From an uncultured virus (IMG/VR IMGVR_UViG_3300028888_000068) (taxonomy: Duplodnaviria > Heunggongvirae > Uroviricota > Caudoviricetes), in the IMG/VR virus record IMGVR_UViG_3300028888_000068: 20,000 nt of DNA; one strand, written 5' to 3'. Shown here piece after piece: positions 7,608-15,788 of this stretch; the first letter of the stretch is position 1; each line of letters opens with the position of its first letter. The notes below the pieces were generated by a model. It saw only the letters and a list, made by a program, of their open reading frames with translations, was not told where the DNA came from and ran no database searches. Position numbers and translations under genes: made by a program.

Positions 7608-8639
7608 ATGGACAACAACAACGGTTTAGTTCCGATGGGATCTGAATTCTCATCGAAGAAGTCACCCTGGGAAAAACCCGGAGGGAAACTTGGAATGGTT
7701 GTAGCAGGATTGGGGATTGCAGGGGCAGGATATCTCCTCTATCTCCTACTGCCAATCATGATCTCACTCGCGTCAAATGTTCTTTACCTGATTCTGATGC
7801 TTTTTGGTATTGGAATCCTAGGATACATCTTGACGTCTAAGAAGTTCTGGAATACGTTCAAAGTTGCGTATTTCATCATCATGCGAAGAATCACTGGGTT
7901 CTTCATCAAGATTGACCCTGTTGCTATTCTCGAAGATTATATTAGAGATCTTCAGAAAAGAATCAGAGAAGTTTCGGACAACATCAATCAAGTCCGTGGA
8001 CTCATTAAGAAGAACGAAAGAAAACTTAATGAAGTAACGGATAAAAGAAACAACACTATTCTTGAGATTAAGCACTATCGTCAAAGCGGTCAGAATGCTT
8101 TTGCTCAACAGAAAGAAGGCCTCTTAGTACTTTATGAAAAATCTGTTAAGGATAGAACAGCAAGACTTGAGACCTCCAAAAAGTGGTTAGAAGCGTTGAC
8201 CAAGCTTCAGCAATATGCTACGTTCTCTGTCACTATCAATGAAGAAAAAGTTAAACTCTTTAAAGATGAGTACGAAGAACTTAAGGCACAGGGAAAAGCC
8301 TTTAGGTCTATCAAATCTGCTCTCAATGGTGATCCTGATATGATGGAAAACTTTGAGACCGCTGTAGAAATCATGGAGAATGAAATCTCTATGAATCTCG
8401 GTGAAATCGAAGATATGATCGATGAGACTAACGGTCTTCTCGGTCAGGCTGACATGGAAAATGCAGTTATTTCCGACAAGGCCACGGCTATCCTTCAGAA
8501 ATATGATAATCAGGAAGGAATTTTCAATGAAAATCGCTGGAAAGGTCTTCCTGAGCCTGAAGCTCAGCCAATTCAAAGACTCTCTAATGAAGAGCTTTCT
8601 AAGAGAGATGCTAAAGGTAGAAAAAGTTATTTTGACTAA
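7608..8639 (+). CDS. Membrane-anchored coiled-coil protein (possibly PspA/IM30-like)
   Basis: Two N-terminal TM helices, then DPVAILEDYIRDL and a long coiled coil, similar to the PspA 'DP..LE..I.D' helix start. The family assignment is inferred. Confidence 0.85.
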   Translation: MDNNNGLVPMGSEFSSKKSPWEKPGGKLGMVVAGLGIAGAGYLLYLLLPIMISLASNVLYLILMLFGIGILGYILTSKKFWNTFKVAYFIIMRRITGFFIKIDPVAILEDYIRDLQKRIREVSDNINQVRGLIKKNERKLNEVTDKRNNTILEIKHYRQSGQNAFAQQKEGLLVLYEKSVKDRTARLETSKKWLEALTKLQQYATFSVTINEEKVKLFKDEYEELKAQGKAFRSIKSALNGDPDMMENFETAVEIMENEISMNLGEIEDMIDETNGLLGQADMENAVISDKATAILQKYDNQEGIFNENRWKGLPEPEAQPIQRLSNEELSKRDAKGRKSYFD

Positions 8640-8661
8640 ACTCACATAAACAAAAACAATT

Positions 8662-10248
8662 ATGGCAAAAGTAAAACCCTGGGTGAAGATTGTAGGAATT
8701 GCACTCGTCGCCGCTGGCGTTGGACTTGGTCTTAACGCCGCTGGAGTCTTCAAGGGCTCTGAAAACAAAACCACTACTGAAAAAAGCAGTGGAGAGAAGA
8801 AACCCTCTGGAATTTTTGGAGGGAAAACTAAGAAAATTGACTACATAACTGTAGGAACCAACACCTATGCTGGCTTCTTGCCATTTATGTATCTCAACAA
8901 CGGCCTGGAACCGAACGAAGACTGTATTCTCTATAAGGAGTATGGCCTTAAGATGAAAGTTGTCATTCAAGACGACTTCCAGGCTGGACGTATGGCTTTC
9001 AAAAATGGAAACATTGACGTTATCTACTGTACTGTCGATGCTATTCCCGTCGAAATGGGCGAAGGTTCTGAAATGACGGACGCTAAGGTCTTCAACCTCA
9101 GTAACTGGAGCCGCGGAGCAGATGCTATCGTTGTCGGAAAAAATATTAAGAAGGTAGTAGACCTTATCGGCAAAGTAGTAGCCTGCTCTGAAGGAACGGC
9201 CAGCCATACATTACTTCTCAATACCCTTGAGACCTCTGGCATTGGTTACGATAGAGTTAATCTCAAATCCTCTATCGAACCTGACAAAGTTAATATTAAG
9301 GTAGTAGGCTCTGGGCTCGATGCTGCTGCTGCATTTAAGGCAGGTGCTTGTGATGCTGCTGTAGTGTTTTCACCGGACGACCAGGACCTTGTAAATTCTG
9401 GACTCGGTCATGTCCTAGTCTCTACCAAGCAAGCCTCTAGTATTATCTGTGATGGACTTATTGCAAAACAGGATTTCATTGACGCAAATCATGAAAATCT
9501 TGAAAAACTTATCGGCGCTCTCTTGTCTGCTAATGTCAAGATGAATACTGATATGTCCGCCGTCCGTCAGGCAGCACGATATTTTGCCAAAGCTTATGGA
9601 ACAGACGAAGATTTTGCCATCGAGGGTTCTAAAAACATTTACTACGTAACCCTTGAGGATGAAGCCAATTTCTTCGGACTTAGGTCAGACTATACTGGAA
9701 TGAAGGGAGACGAGCTTTATTCCAAGATGGCTAGAACTTATAGCGGTCTTGGTCTAGTTCGGAATCCCATTTCCTGGAGAAAAGCTTCTGATGATTCAGT
9801 TATTGAGGCTCTTCTCGGAAAGCCAGACTTAACTTCCGGAAATCAGGCTGCAGAAACTGGACCTGAATTTGAAGAAAGAGCCGGCCTAGAAACCGCTCCC
9901 GTATTCTCAAACAAGTCAGTTACCATTGAATTTCCGACAGGTTCTGCTACGCTCGATAACAATGGAAAAACAATTATCGATCGAGAGTTTAAGACTCTGG
10001 TTAAGCAGTTCTCTGGAGCTCGGTTTAGAGTTGAGGGAAATACTGACAACACTGGCTCGGCTGCAACTAATGAGGCACTGTCTAAGAGGCGTGCTCAGGC
10101 TGTTGTAGATTACCTAGTCAGAGAATGCGGTGCTGATAGAAATCAGTTTACTGTTGTAGGCAATGGTTCCAAGCATGCAATTGATGCTGGTTCCAAAGGC
10201 TCAGATAGTAGATACAGAACTACTGATCTTTTACTGATCAGTGAATAA
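8662..10248 (+). CDS. ABC substrate-binding protein (NMT1/SsuA/TauA-like) fused to a C-terminal OmpA-like peptidoglycan-binding domain
   Basis: N-terminal signal/anchor; SRGADAIV..DLIGKVVACSEGTASH PBP2 segment; C-terminal IEFPTGSATL..VEGNTDNTGS...NEALSKRRAQAV OmpA_C motif. Confidence 0.92.
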   Translation: MAKVKPWVKIVGIALVAAGVGLGLNAAGVFKGSENKTTTEKSSGEKKPSGIFGGKTKKIDYITVGTNTYAGFLPFMYLNNGLEPNEDCILYKEYGLKMKVVIQDDFQAGRMAFKNGNIDVIYCTVDAIPVEMGEGSEMTDAKVFNLSNWSRGADAIVVGKNIKKVVDLIGKVVACSEGTASHTLLLNTLETSGIGYDRVNLKSSIEPDKVNIKVVGSGLDAAAAFKAGACDAAVVFSPDDQDLVNSGLGHVLVSTKQASSIICDGLIAKQDFIDANHENLEKLIGALLSANVKMNTDMSAVRQAARYFAKAYGTDEDFAIEGSKNIYYVTLEDEANFFGLRSDYTGMKGDELYSKMARTYSGLGLVRNPISWRKASDDSVIEALLGKPDLTSGNQAAETGPEFEERAGLETAPVFSNKSVTIEFPTGSATLDNNGKTIIDREFKTLVKQFSGARFRVEGNTDNTGSAATNEALSKRRAQAVVDYLVRECGADRNQFTVVGNGSKHAIDAGSKGSDSRYRTTDLLLISE

Positions 10249-10313
10249 ACCGTCTTGTTGTTTTGTTGGGGTGGGCAGTTGAAATATATTGCTCACCCTT
10301 TATCTTAAACAAT

Positions 10314-10580
10314 ATGACTAAGAAAGCTGATTGGAAACTAAAAAGAGAAGCTCAAGCAGACATTCTTCTTCCGTGGGCACAAAACAAGATTAAGAAACTT
10401 GGATATAACGCCAAAATAGAAGGATATTCCGTTGTCTTTAGGGTTGGAGTCTGTAAAGTAAGATTCTATCCCTTTACTGGTGGAATTCAGTGGCAAGGAA
10501 CTCCAGGGATAAAAGAAAGAGGAATGAGCAATCTTATAAAACTCATCAATGAACATGAAAAAACTAAAGGGACTGTTTAA
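10314..10580 (+). CDS. Small hypothetical protein (probable start MTKKADWK)
   Basis: In-frame ATG at 10314 after the hairpin at about 10267-10299; contains V.FYPFTG; overlaps the start of the permease gene. Confidence 0.7.
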   Translation: MTKKADWKLKREAQADILLPWAQNKIKKLGYNAKIEGYSVVFRVGVCKVRFYPFTGGIQWQGTPGIKERGMSNLIKLINEHEKTKGTV

Positions 10581-11403
10581 GTTTGGAGGAAGCAGTGATT
10601 TTGGAAAGCTAACGCCGTTAGTCTCGGTGATAGGAATTCTTTTCCTTATTGGACTTTGGTGGTTAGAAGCTAAGTTTGAAGTTATACCAACTAAGATTCT
10701 TCCTGGACCATTCGATGTTTTAGGCTCTTATCCTGGTCTTATCACGGAGAATAGCCTCTTCGGAAATCTATGGTTCACGGTTAAACTGAATCTCTTGGCA
10801 TACTTCTGGGCAATATTAATATCTCTTGTAGTCGGATTTGCACTATCACTGATTCCTTTCCTTAACCTAGCGTTGGGAAAATATCTTAGTGCCCTTCGCT
10901 ATACCCCACTGCCGAGTATCTCTGGTGTCTTCATAGCCGTTGCAGGACTCACATTTGGAATGAAAGTGAGTTTCCTTGCGGCTGGCTTGATAATCTTTAT
11001 ACTTCCGGCAGTAGCAGCGAAGGTAAACGAGCTACAGAATCCAACCAATGACTCCAATATCTACTTAGAGACTATGGAAACTCTGGGTGGAACTAGTTGG
11101 CAGAAGTTTAGGTATGTCTATTTCCCATATGTAACCTCCACAGTCAGTCAGGAAATTATAACCCTAACTGGTGTATCATATTCCTACTGTGTTATCGCCG
11201 AACTTCTTTATAAATCCGGCGAAGGAATTAACGGCGTGGGAAGTTTAATCAATACCCTAATCAGACAATCTCATATGCCTGAAGCCTGGGCATGTTTGTT
11301 CCTGATTATTGCCGTCGGTGTACTTCAAGATTTTCTATTTAAGAAGCTTGATATTGCCCTATTCCCCTTTAAGTATAACAAGAAAAGCATCTGGAGGAAA
11401 TAA
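10549..11403 (+). CDS. ABC transporter permease (TauC/SsuC/NrtB-like)
   Basis: Multiple TM helices, LPGPFDV, RYTPLP, and an EAA-like loop YLETMETLGGTSWQKFRYVYFP. Confidence 0.93.
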   Translation: MNMKKLKGLFKFGGSSDFGKLTPLVSVIGILFLIGLWWLEAKFEVIPTKILPGPFDVLGSYPGLITENSLFGNLWFTVKLNLLAYFWAILISLVVGFALSLIPFLNLALGKYLSALRYTPLPSISGVFIAVAGLTFGMKVSFLAAGLIIFILPAVAAKVNELQNPTNDSNIYLETMETLGGTSWQKFRYVYFPYVTSTVSQEIITLTGVSYSYCVIAELLYKSGEGINGVGSLINTLIRQSHMPEAWACLFLIIAVGVLQDFLFKKLDIALFPFKYNKKSIWRK

Positions 11404-11405
11404 AG

Positions 11406-12377
11406 ATGGGAATATTTAAGAAAGAGCTTGAAGAAAAGAGAAGACAGGAGTTAGAGGCTGAACTTGAGAAAGAAGAAGTCCTCGATAAAACAAGTGTCAA
11501 AGTAGAAACTGTGCCTCAGGAAACATTTGACAAACCGGAGGAAGTAGAAAAAGAAGTTCTTGAAAATGTTAATGTGTTCGACCTTAAGAATATTAATGTT
11601 TCTTTCAAGGTAGGACAAGAAGTCAAACATCTTTTCCAGGACTTTAACCTAGAAATCCCTGATATTCCTGGAAAATCTCAGGTGATTGGGTTTGCTGGTC
11701 CGTCGGGTTGTGGAAAGTCTCAGCTCCTTAGAATTATCTCAGGGCTGTCTAAACCACAATCTGGAGAGGTCCTAGTCTATGGCCAACCCTATACAGACAA
11801 GACCCATTTTCCGCTGATTTTCCAAAGATACAGCAACTATGATTGGATGACCGTCTATGATAATCTTGCCCTTCCCCTTAAAATGAGAGGTATGAAGGAC
11901 GGCGATATAAAGGCGGCCGTAGAAGAGATGATTGATATCTTAGGACTTCGTGGACATGAGCAGAAGTGGGGATATCCGGGAGGTGGACTTTCTGGTGGTC
12001 AATGTCAGAGAATTTCCATCGGCCGTAGTATTCTCGCCGCTGCAGGAAATAAAGACTCTAGGGGAAATCAAATCCTTCTCCTAGACGAAGCCACTAGTGC
12101 TCTTGACATCGTATCTAAGCACGAAGTTCATGACACCCTAATGAATATCTTGTATGGGACCGAACTAGACCCGACTATGATAATCGTTAGTCATGATCCG
12201 TCTGAACTAGCTTTCCTGTGTGATAAAGTCTTCGTTCTTGCTCCCTGGCCCTGTCGTATTCATAAAGTTGTGGACATCGACTATGGGGTGGGAAAGAGAA
12301 CGAGAGAAATCAAAGAAAGTCAGAAATGTCAGGACTATGCAAAGGAAATTGAGCAGTCTATCCGAGAAATTGAATAG
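11406..12377 (+). CDS. ABC transporter ATP-binding protein (TauB/SsuB/NrtD-like)
   Basis: Walker A GPSGCGKS, Q-loop IFQ, signature LSGGQ, Walker B LLLDEATSALD, H-loop VSHD. Confidence 0.96.
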   Translation: MGIFKKELEEKRRQELEAELEKEEVLDKTSVKVETVPQETFDKPEEVEKEVLENVNVFDLKNINVSFKVGQEVKHLFQDFNLEIPDIPGKSQVIGFAGPSGCGKSQLLRIISGLSKPQSGEVLVYGQPYTDKTHFPLIFQRYSNYDWMTVYDNLALPLKMRGMKDGDIKAAVEEMIDILGLRGHEQKWGYPGGGLSGGQCQRISIGRSILAAAGNKDSRGNQILLLDEATSALDIVSKHEVHDTLMNILYGTELDPTMIIVSHDPSELAFLCDKVFVLAPWPCRIHKVVDIDYGVGKRTREIKESQKCQDYAKEIEQSIREIE

Positions 12378-12387
12378 ACCCCAAATC

Positions 12388-12465
12388 CTTATAAGTGACT
12401 GTTTTTAAATCATCGCTGTTAGTTGAGTTAGGCCAGAGTGTAATAGCTTTGGCCTTTCTCTTTTT
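12388..12465 (+). ncRNA. ORF-less micro-transcription unit F (putative sRNA; the hairpin may also terminate the ABC operon)
   Basis: Motif variant CTTATAAGTG at 12388-12397, 32-nt body, hairpin AGGCCAGAGT...GCTTTGGCCT at 12430-12455, T-rich tail. Confidence 0.45.
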
Positions 12466-12473
12466 CCTTATAT

Positions 12474-12773
12474 ATGATGGGATTCTGTTATATTAGTAAA
12501 GGTATATTTAAGTATAGAAAAACTTTAGGTCTATCTATATATCTACCAGGGCTTATTTGGTTAGATGAAGATAAAGTTAGTTCAGTACGGGTAAGTTGGA
12601 AAGAGAAATTGCTCTTTGTTGAGTGGAAAGATAGTTATGATATTGGTCTCTTATTTGAGAGTTCTTATGACTTAAATGATTGTAGACTTTCTGGACCAAA
12701 ATCAGTATTTGAATTATTTAGTGATGTAAGTTTAGACTACCTGGCTTCGGTTATGTCAGAGCTTCCTTTCTAA
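12474..12773 (+). CDS. Small hypothetical protein, divergent member of the local paralogue family
   Basis: ATG within/after the motif at 12467-12476; C-terminal GPKSVFELFSDV. Confidence 0.75.
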   Translation: MMGFCYISKGIFKYRKTLGLSIYLPGLIWLDEDKVSSVRVSWKEKLLFVEWKDSYDIGLLFESSYDLNDCRLSGPKSVFELFSDVSLDYLASVMSELPF

Positions 12774-12787
12774 TGACCGATAAATTC

Positions 12788-12907
12788 CTTATATGTGAAC
12801 ATATTAAATAACAAAAAAATAGACTCGATAGTATACACCAGGTTGTCGTGTATATTTATCGGTCTGGGATATGGACAGTCCGGGTGAGAGCTCCGACTGT
12901 TTTTTTG
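12788..12907 (+). ncRNA. ORF-less two-hairpin unit G (putative sRNA)
   Basis: Motif CTTATATGTG at 12788-12797; hairpin AGAC.CGATA.TATACAC/GTGTATA..TATCGGTCT; GAGA-capped terminator at about 12873-12907. Confidence 0.45.
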
Positions 12908-12921
12908 TCTTTTCCTTATAT

Positions 12922-13182
12922 ATGATGGAAAAGAAAGTTAGAGTTAGATTTAATTATAACTTATACGAAACCATTAAAGATTGTATACATGTAGAAGTAT
13001 ACGACTGGTCCTGTAGAGAAATTATAATTTTATCTAAAGAACAGGACCTAATCCGAGCGAAATTTAAACCTGTTGCTTGGACTGAAAGACCAGAGGGAGA
13101 ATATTTACATACCCCTGGAATGCTATTTATGTATATTCCAGAAGAACTTCTAGAAATATATAGTGATCTTGAAAGAATATAG
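12922..13182 (+). CDS. Small paralogue-family protein
   Basis: Start moved to the ATG in the motif at 12915-12924; VRFNYNLYETIK...MYIPEELLEIYSDLE. Confidence 0.85.
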   Translation: MMEKKVRVRFNYNLYETIKDCIHVEVYDWSCREIIILSKEQDLIRAKFKPVAWTERPEGEYLHTPGMLFMYIPEELLEIYSDLERI

Positions 13183-13185
13183 TCA

Positions 13186-13437
13186 ATGAGGCTTAGATTT
13201 GCGCTAGTAGAATTTGATAGATTTATTTTTGATAATTTTAAAGATGAAATTCAAGTATATATCAAAAAAGAAGGCACAGCTTTTTTAGATGTTGAAAAAA
13301 TTGGAACAAAATATATAGGACGATATCTTTCGGAAGATGGAGTATGGGAAGTTCGGACCCTTTCCAAAGAAGAGTTGTATTTGGGTATTCCTATATATTT
13401 ATCAGAGACTTTTACTAACCTAGTTCCCTATGCTTAA
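13186..13437 (+). CDS. Small paralogue-family protein
   Basis: VEFDRFIFDNFK...LGIPIYLSETFTNL; tightly packed with neighbours. Confidence 0.85.
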   Translation: MRLRFALVEFDRFIFDNFKDEIQVYIKKEGTAFLDVEKIGTKYIGRYLSEDGVWEVRTLSKEELYLGIPIYLSETFTNLVPYA

Positions 13438-13699
13438 AACAACCCCAGACCCAGGAACAGCAAGGGTAAAGTTTAATTATAATCTATATAAAATATTTAA
13501 ATCAGAAGTTCGTGTTCTTTATTATAAACGAGCTTGGGATGCGTACTGGTGCTACGATATAATTCCATTAGTTAAGAGTGGAATAACATACAGGGCATAT
13601 GCAAATAGAGACAATTATAAGTTGGTTATTGATACCAATCTTTATATGTATGTTCCAGATTATTTCTTAGAGCTTTTTGAAGACCTAGAAGTGACATGA
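13430..13699 (+). CDS. Small paralogue-family protein
   Basis: VKFNYNLYKIFK...MYVPDYFLELFEDLE; 8-nt overlap with the upstream gene. Confidence 0.85.
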   Translation: MLKTTPDPGTARVKFNYNLYKIFKSEVRVLYYKRAWDAYWCYDIIPLVKSGITYRAYANRDNYKLVIDTNLYMYVPDYFLELFEDLEVT

Positions 13700-13998
13700 T
13701 AGTAGAAGGAATTGCAGTAGAGTTTGATAAGCATATATTCGATACATTTTACACAGAAGATCATCAATGGCCACCTGAAGTAGAACTATATTCTAAGGAT
13801 GAAGGAAGACCATTAAGCTGTATCAAAAGAATAGGCTCAAGTTATTTGGCAGTAGAATTAAGATGGGAAAGCGACACTATACATACACGACAGCTAGAAG
13901 AAAAAGATATTATGATGGTAGTCCCTAGATATCTTATTGATATATTTGATAACTTGAAAATAATTGAAGGTCTTCCCATAACTAACTACAGTGTTTAA
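13696..13998 (+). CDS. Small paralogue-family protein
   Basis: VEFDKHIFDTF...MVVPRYLIDIFDNLK; ATGA overlap. Confidence 0.85.
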   Translation: MIVEGIAVEFDKHIFDTFYTEDHQWPPEVELYSKDEGRPLSCIKRIGSSYLAVELRWESDTIHTRQLEEKDIMMVVPRYLIDIFDNLKIIEGLPITNYSV

Positions 13999-14050
13999 TA
14001 TATTTTATTTTGCGCCTGAGAAGCCTTCAAATTCTTATATATGTTAAATT

Positions 14051-14122
14051 GCTGGGTTCGTATAACGGTTAGTACCCGAGATTTTCATTCTCGTAACAGG
14101 AGTTCGATTCTCCTACCCAGTA
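14051..14122 (+). tRNA. trnE: tRNA-Glu(UUC)
   Basis: GCTGGGT/ACCCAGT acceptor, CGAGA-TTTTCAT-TCTCG anticodon arm, AGGAG-TTCGATT-CTCCT T arm; promoter motif at 14034-14043. Confidence 0.95.
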
Positions 14123-14128
14123 CTACAT

Positions 14129-14201
14129 CGCGGCGTAGAGCAGTTGGTAGCTTGCAAGGCCCATAACCTTGAGGTCGTCGGTTCAAGTCCGTCCGCCGCT
14201 A
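14129..14201 (+). tRNA. trnfM: Initiator-type tRNA-fMet(CAU)
   Basis: C1xU72 mismatch, A11-U24, anticodon arm CAAGG-CCCATAA-CCTTG, T loop TTCAAGT. Confidence 0.92.
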
Positions 14202-14485
14202 CTATGAAATAGGATTAAAGTCCTATTTCTTTTTTTTTCTGAAATATATGTTTTTGCCGCTCTTAGGGAGGTAAAATCTTATATATGAAGTTAAAGATAT
14301 TATTTATTGAAGCGTAATGCAAATCTATAAATGATATCTTTCTTTTCAAATAGATGTTATCATGTTTTGATAGGGAGGGGAAGTAAAAGAATAGCTACCT
14401 TTGAAAACCCTCCTGATATTAAAATATGAATTGGTATAATATTAAAAACTAGGAAGCTACTAGGATAAAAGAGGCAATTAAAACA

Positions 14486-15760
14486 ATGATAACAATTGAT
14501 GATCTCCCAGAAGAAGGAGGAAATTATGCAAAAACCAAAAAAGAGTGGGAAGAAGTAGATCACCTGTATATTCATTATTTTTATAAGATAACCAACAATA
14601 TTAATAATAAATATTATTACGGTATTCATTCTATCCTAAAAGAAGATCCAAAATCAAATGACCTAGTAAATGATGGCTATTGGGGTTCTGGTACTGCTAT
14701 TCATGAGGCTGAAATAAAATATGGGCTTGAAAATTTTACTAAAACCGTTGAAGCAATTTTTTCTACACGAGCCGAAGTTAGAATTTATGAAGCAGAAATA
14801 GTAACGCAGGAATTAGTAGATGATAGAATGTGTTATAATATGGTTCTAGGAGGATGCGAGAGTCCTATATGGCAAGGAGGATGGATATTAGTTAATTATA
14901 GAGATGAAAGTCTAAGAAAAGAAAAAATGTTCAGTATTCCAACAGAAGAATATCAAAGTAACAAAGACAAATATATAACCTCTATGTCGGGGCTTATTTC
15001 TGTTAATTATCGAGATCCAGAAAAACGACTTCCTAAATTTTTTACAATAAGTTCTGAAGAATATTACAAAAATAAAGACCTATATATAACTTCGTTTTCT
15101 GATAAAGTAGCCTATAAGAATAAAGAAAACTGGGAAGACGTTAGGTGGCTTAGCTCTGATGATCCATTAGTATTATCTGGTCAGTTTATAGGGATAACTA
15201 AGGGTCTTAAGCAATCTCAAGAAACTATAAACAAAAAGATAGGAGAGAAAAATGGATCTTATGGTAGTTTTTGGGTTACTAATGGAAAAGAAAATAAGAA
15301 AATAAGCAATCAAGATATTCCTGAGGGTTGGTGGAAGGGGAGAATTATTGATGAGACAAAAATAAAATACTGTTATATAAATATAGAAACCGGCGAACAT
15401 AAATATTTCTTAAAAACTGAGAATCCTGGACATCCTTGGTTTAAAGATTTTATGGTAGACAAAAATTTAGAAGTAATAACCATAACCAGATTAGAGGGAT
15501 ATCTAAAGGATGGAAAAACAAAAAAGGAGTTATCAGAAATTTTTGGTATATGTATAAAGTCGGTGGCCAAACTAGTAAAATATTATATAGGTCTTGGGAA
15601 ACTTGATAATAAATATTATATACTTAAAAATTCAGTTCGTCATCAGGCTAGTACTAAGTATATGTTTATTAGAGATAAAAGTACTGGAAAGGTTCGCAGG
15701 GTGTTATCTGAACAAGCCAAAAAGTTCCTAAATAATACAGATGCATTTGAAAAGCTTTAA
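14486..15760 (+). CDS. Free-standing GIY-YIG (Seg-like) homing endonuclease
   Basis: HYFYKITNNINNKYYYGIH..YWGSG..IKYGLENF..YE..YNMVLGG catalytic domain; GEKNGSYGSFWVTNG..GWWKGR DNA-binding module; possible C-terminal HTH; located in a tRNA cluster. Confidence 0.88.
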   Translation: MITIDDLPEEGGNYAKTKKEWEEVDHLYIHYFYKITNNINNKYYYGIHSILKEDPKSNDLVNDGYWGSGTAIHEAEIKYGLENFTKTVEAIFSTRAEVRIYEAEIVTQELVDDRMCYNMVLGGCESPIWQGGWILVNYRDESLRKEKMFSIPTEEYQSNKDKYITSMSGLISVNYRDPEKRLPKFFTISSEEYYKNKDLYITSFSDKVAYKNKENWEDVRWLSSDDPLVLSGQFIGITKGLKQSQETINKKIGEKNGSYGSFWVTNGKENKKISNQDIPEGWWKGRIIDETKIKYCYINIETGEHKYFLKTENPGHPWFKDFMVDKNLEVITITRLEGYLKDGKTKKELSEIFGICIKSVAKLVKYYIGLGKLDNKYYILKNSVRHQASTKYMFIRDKSTGKVRRVLSEQAKKFLNNTDAFEKL

Positions 15761-15788
15761 ATTCCTTATATTTGAAAATCATCTTCGT

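Noticed and set aside
6089..10556. Antisense and alternate-frame ORFs inside pncB and the ABC operon (for example 8187..8774, 8611..9207, 7339..7629)
   Set aside because: Shadow frames of well-supported genes, with no motifs or promoters.
14082..14088. Reading tRNA 14051-14122 as Met because its loop contains CAT
   Set aside because: The 7-nt loop is TT-TTC-AT, so the centred anticodon is TTC (Glu).
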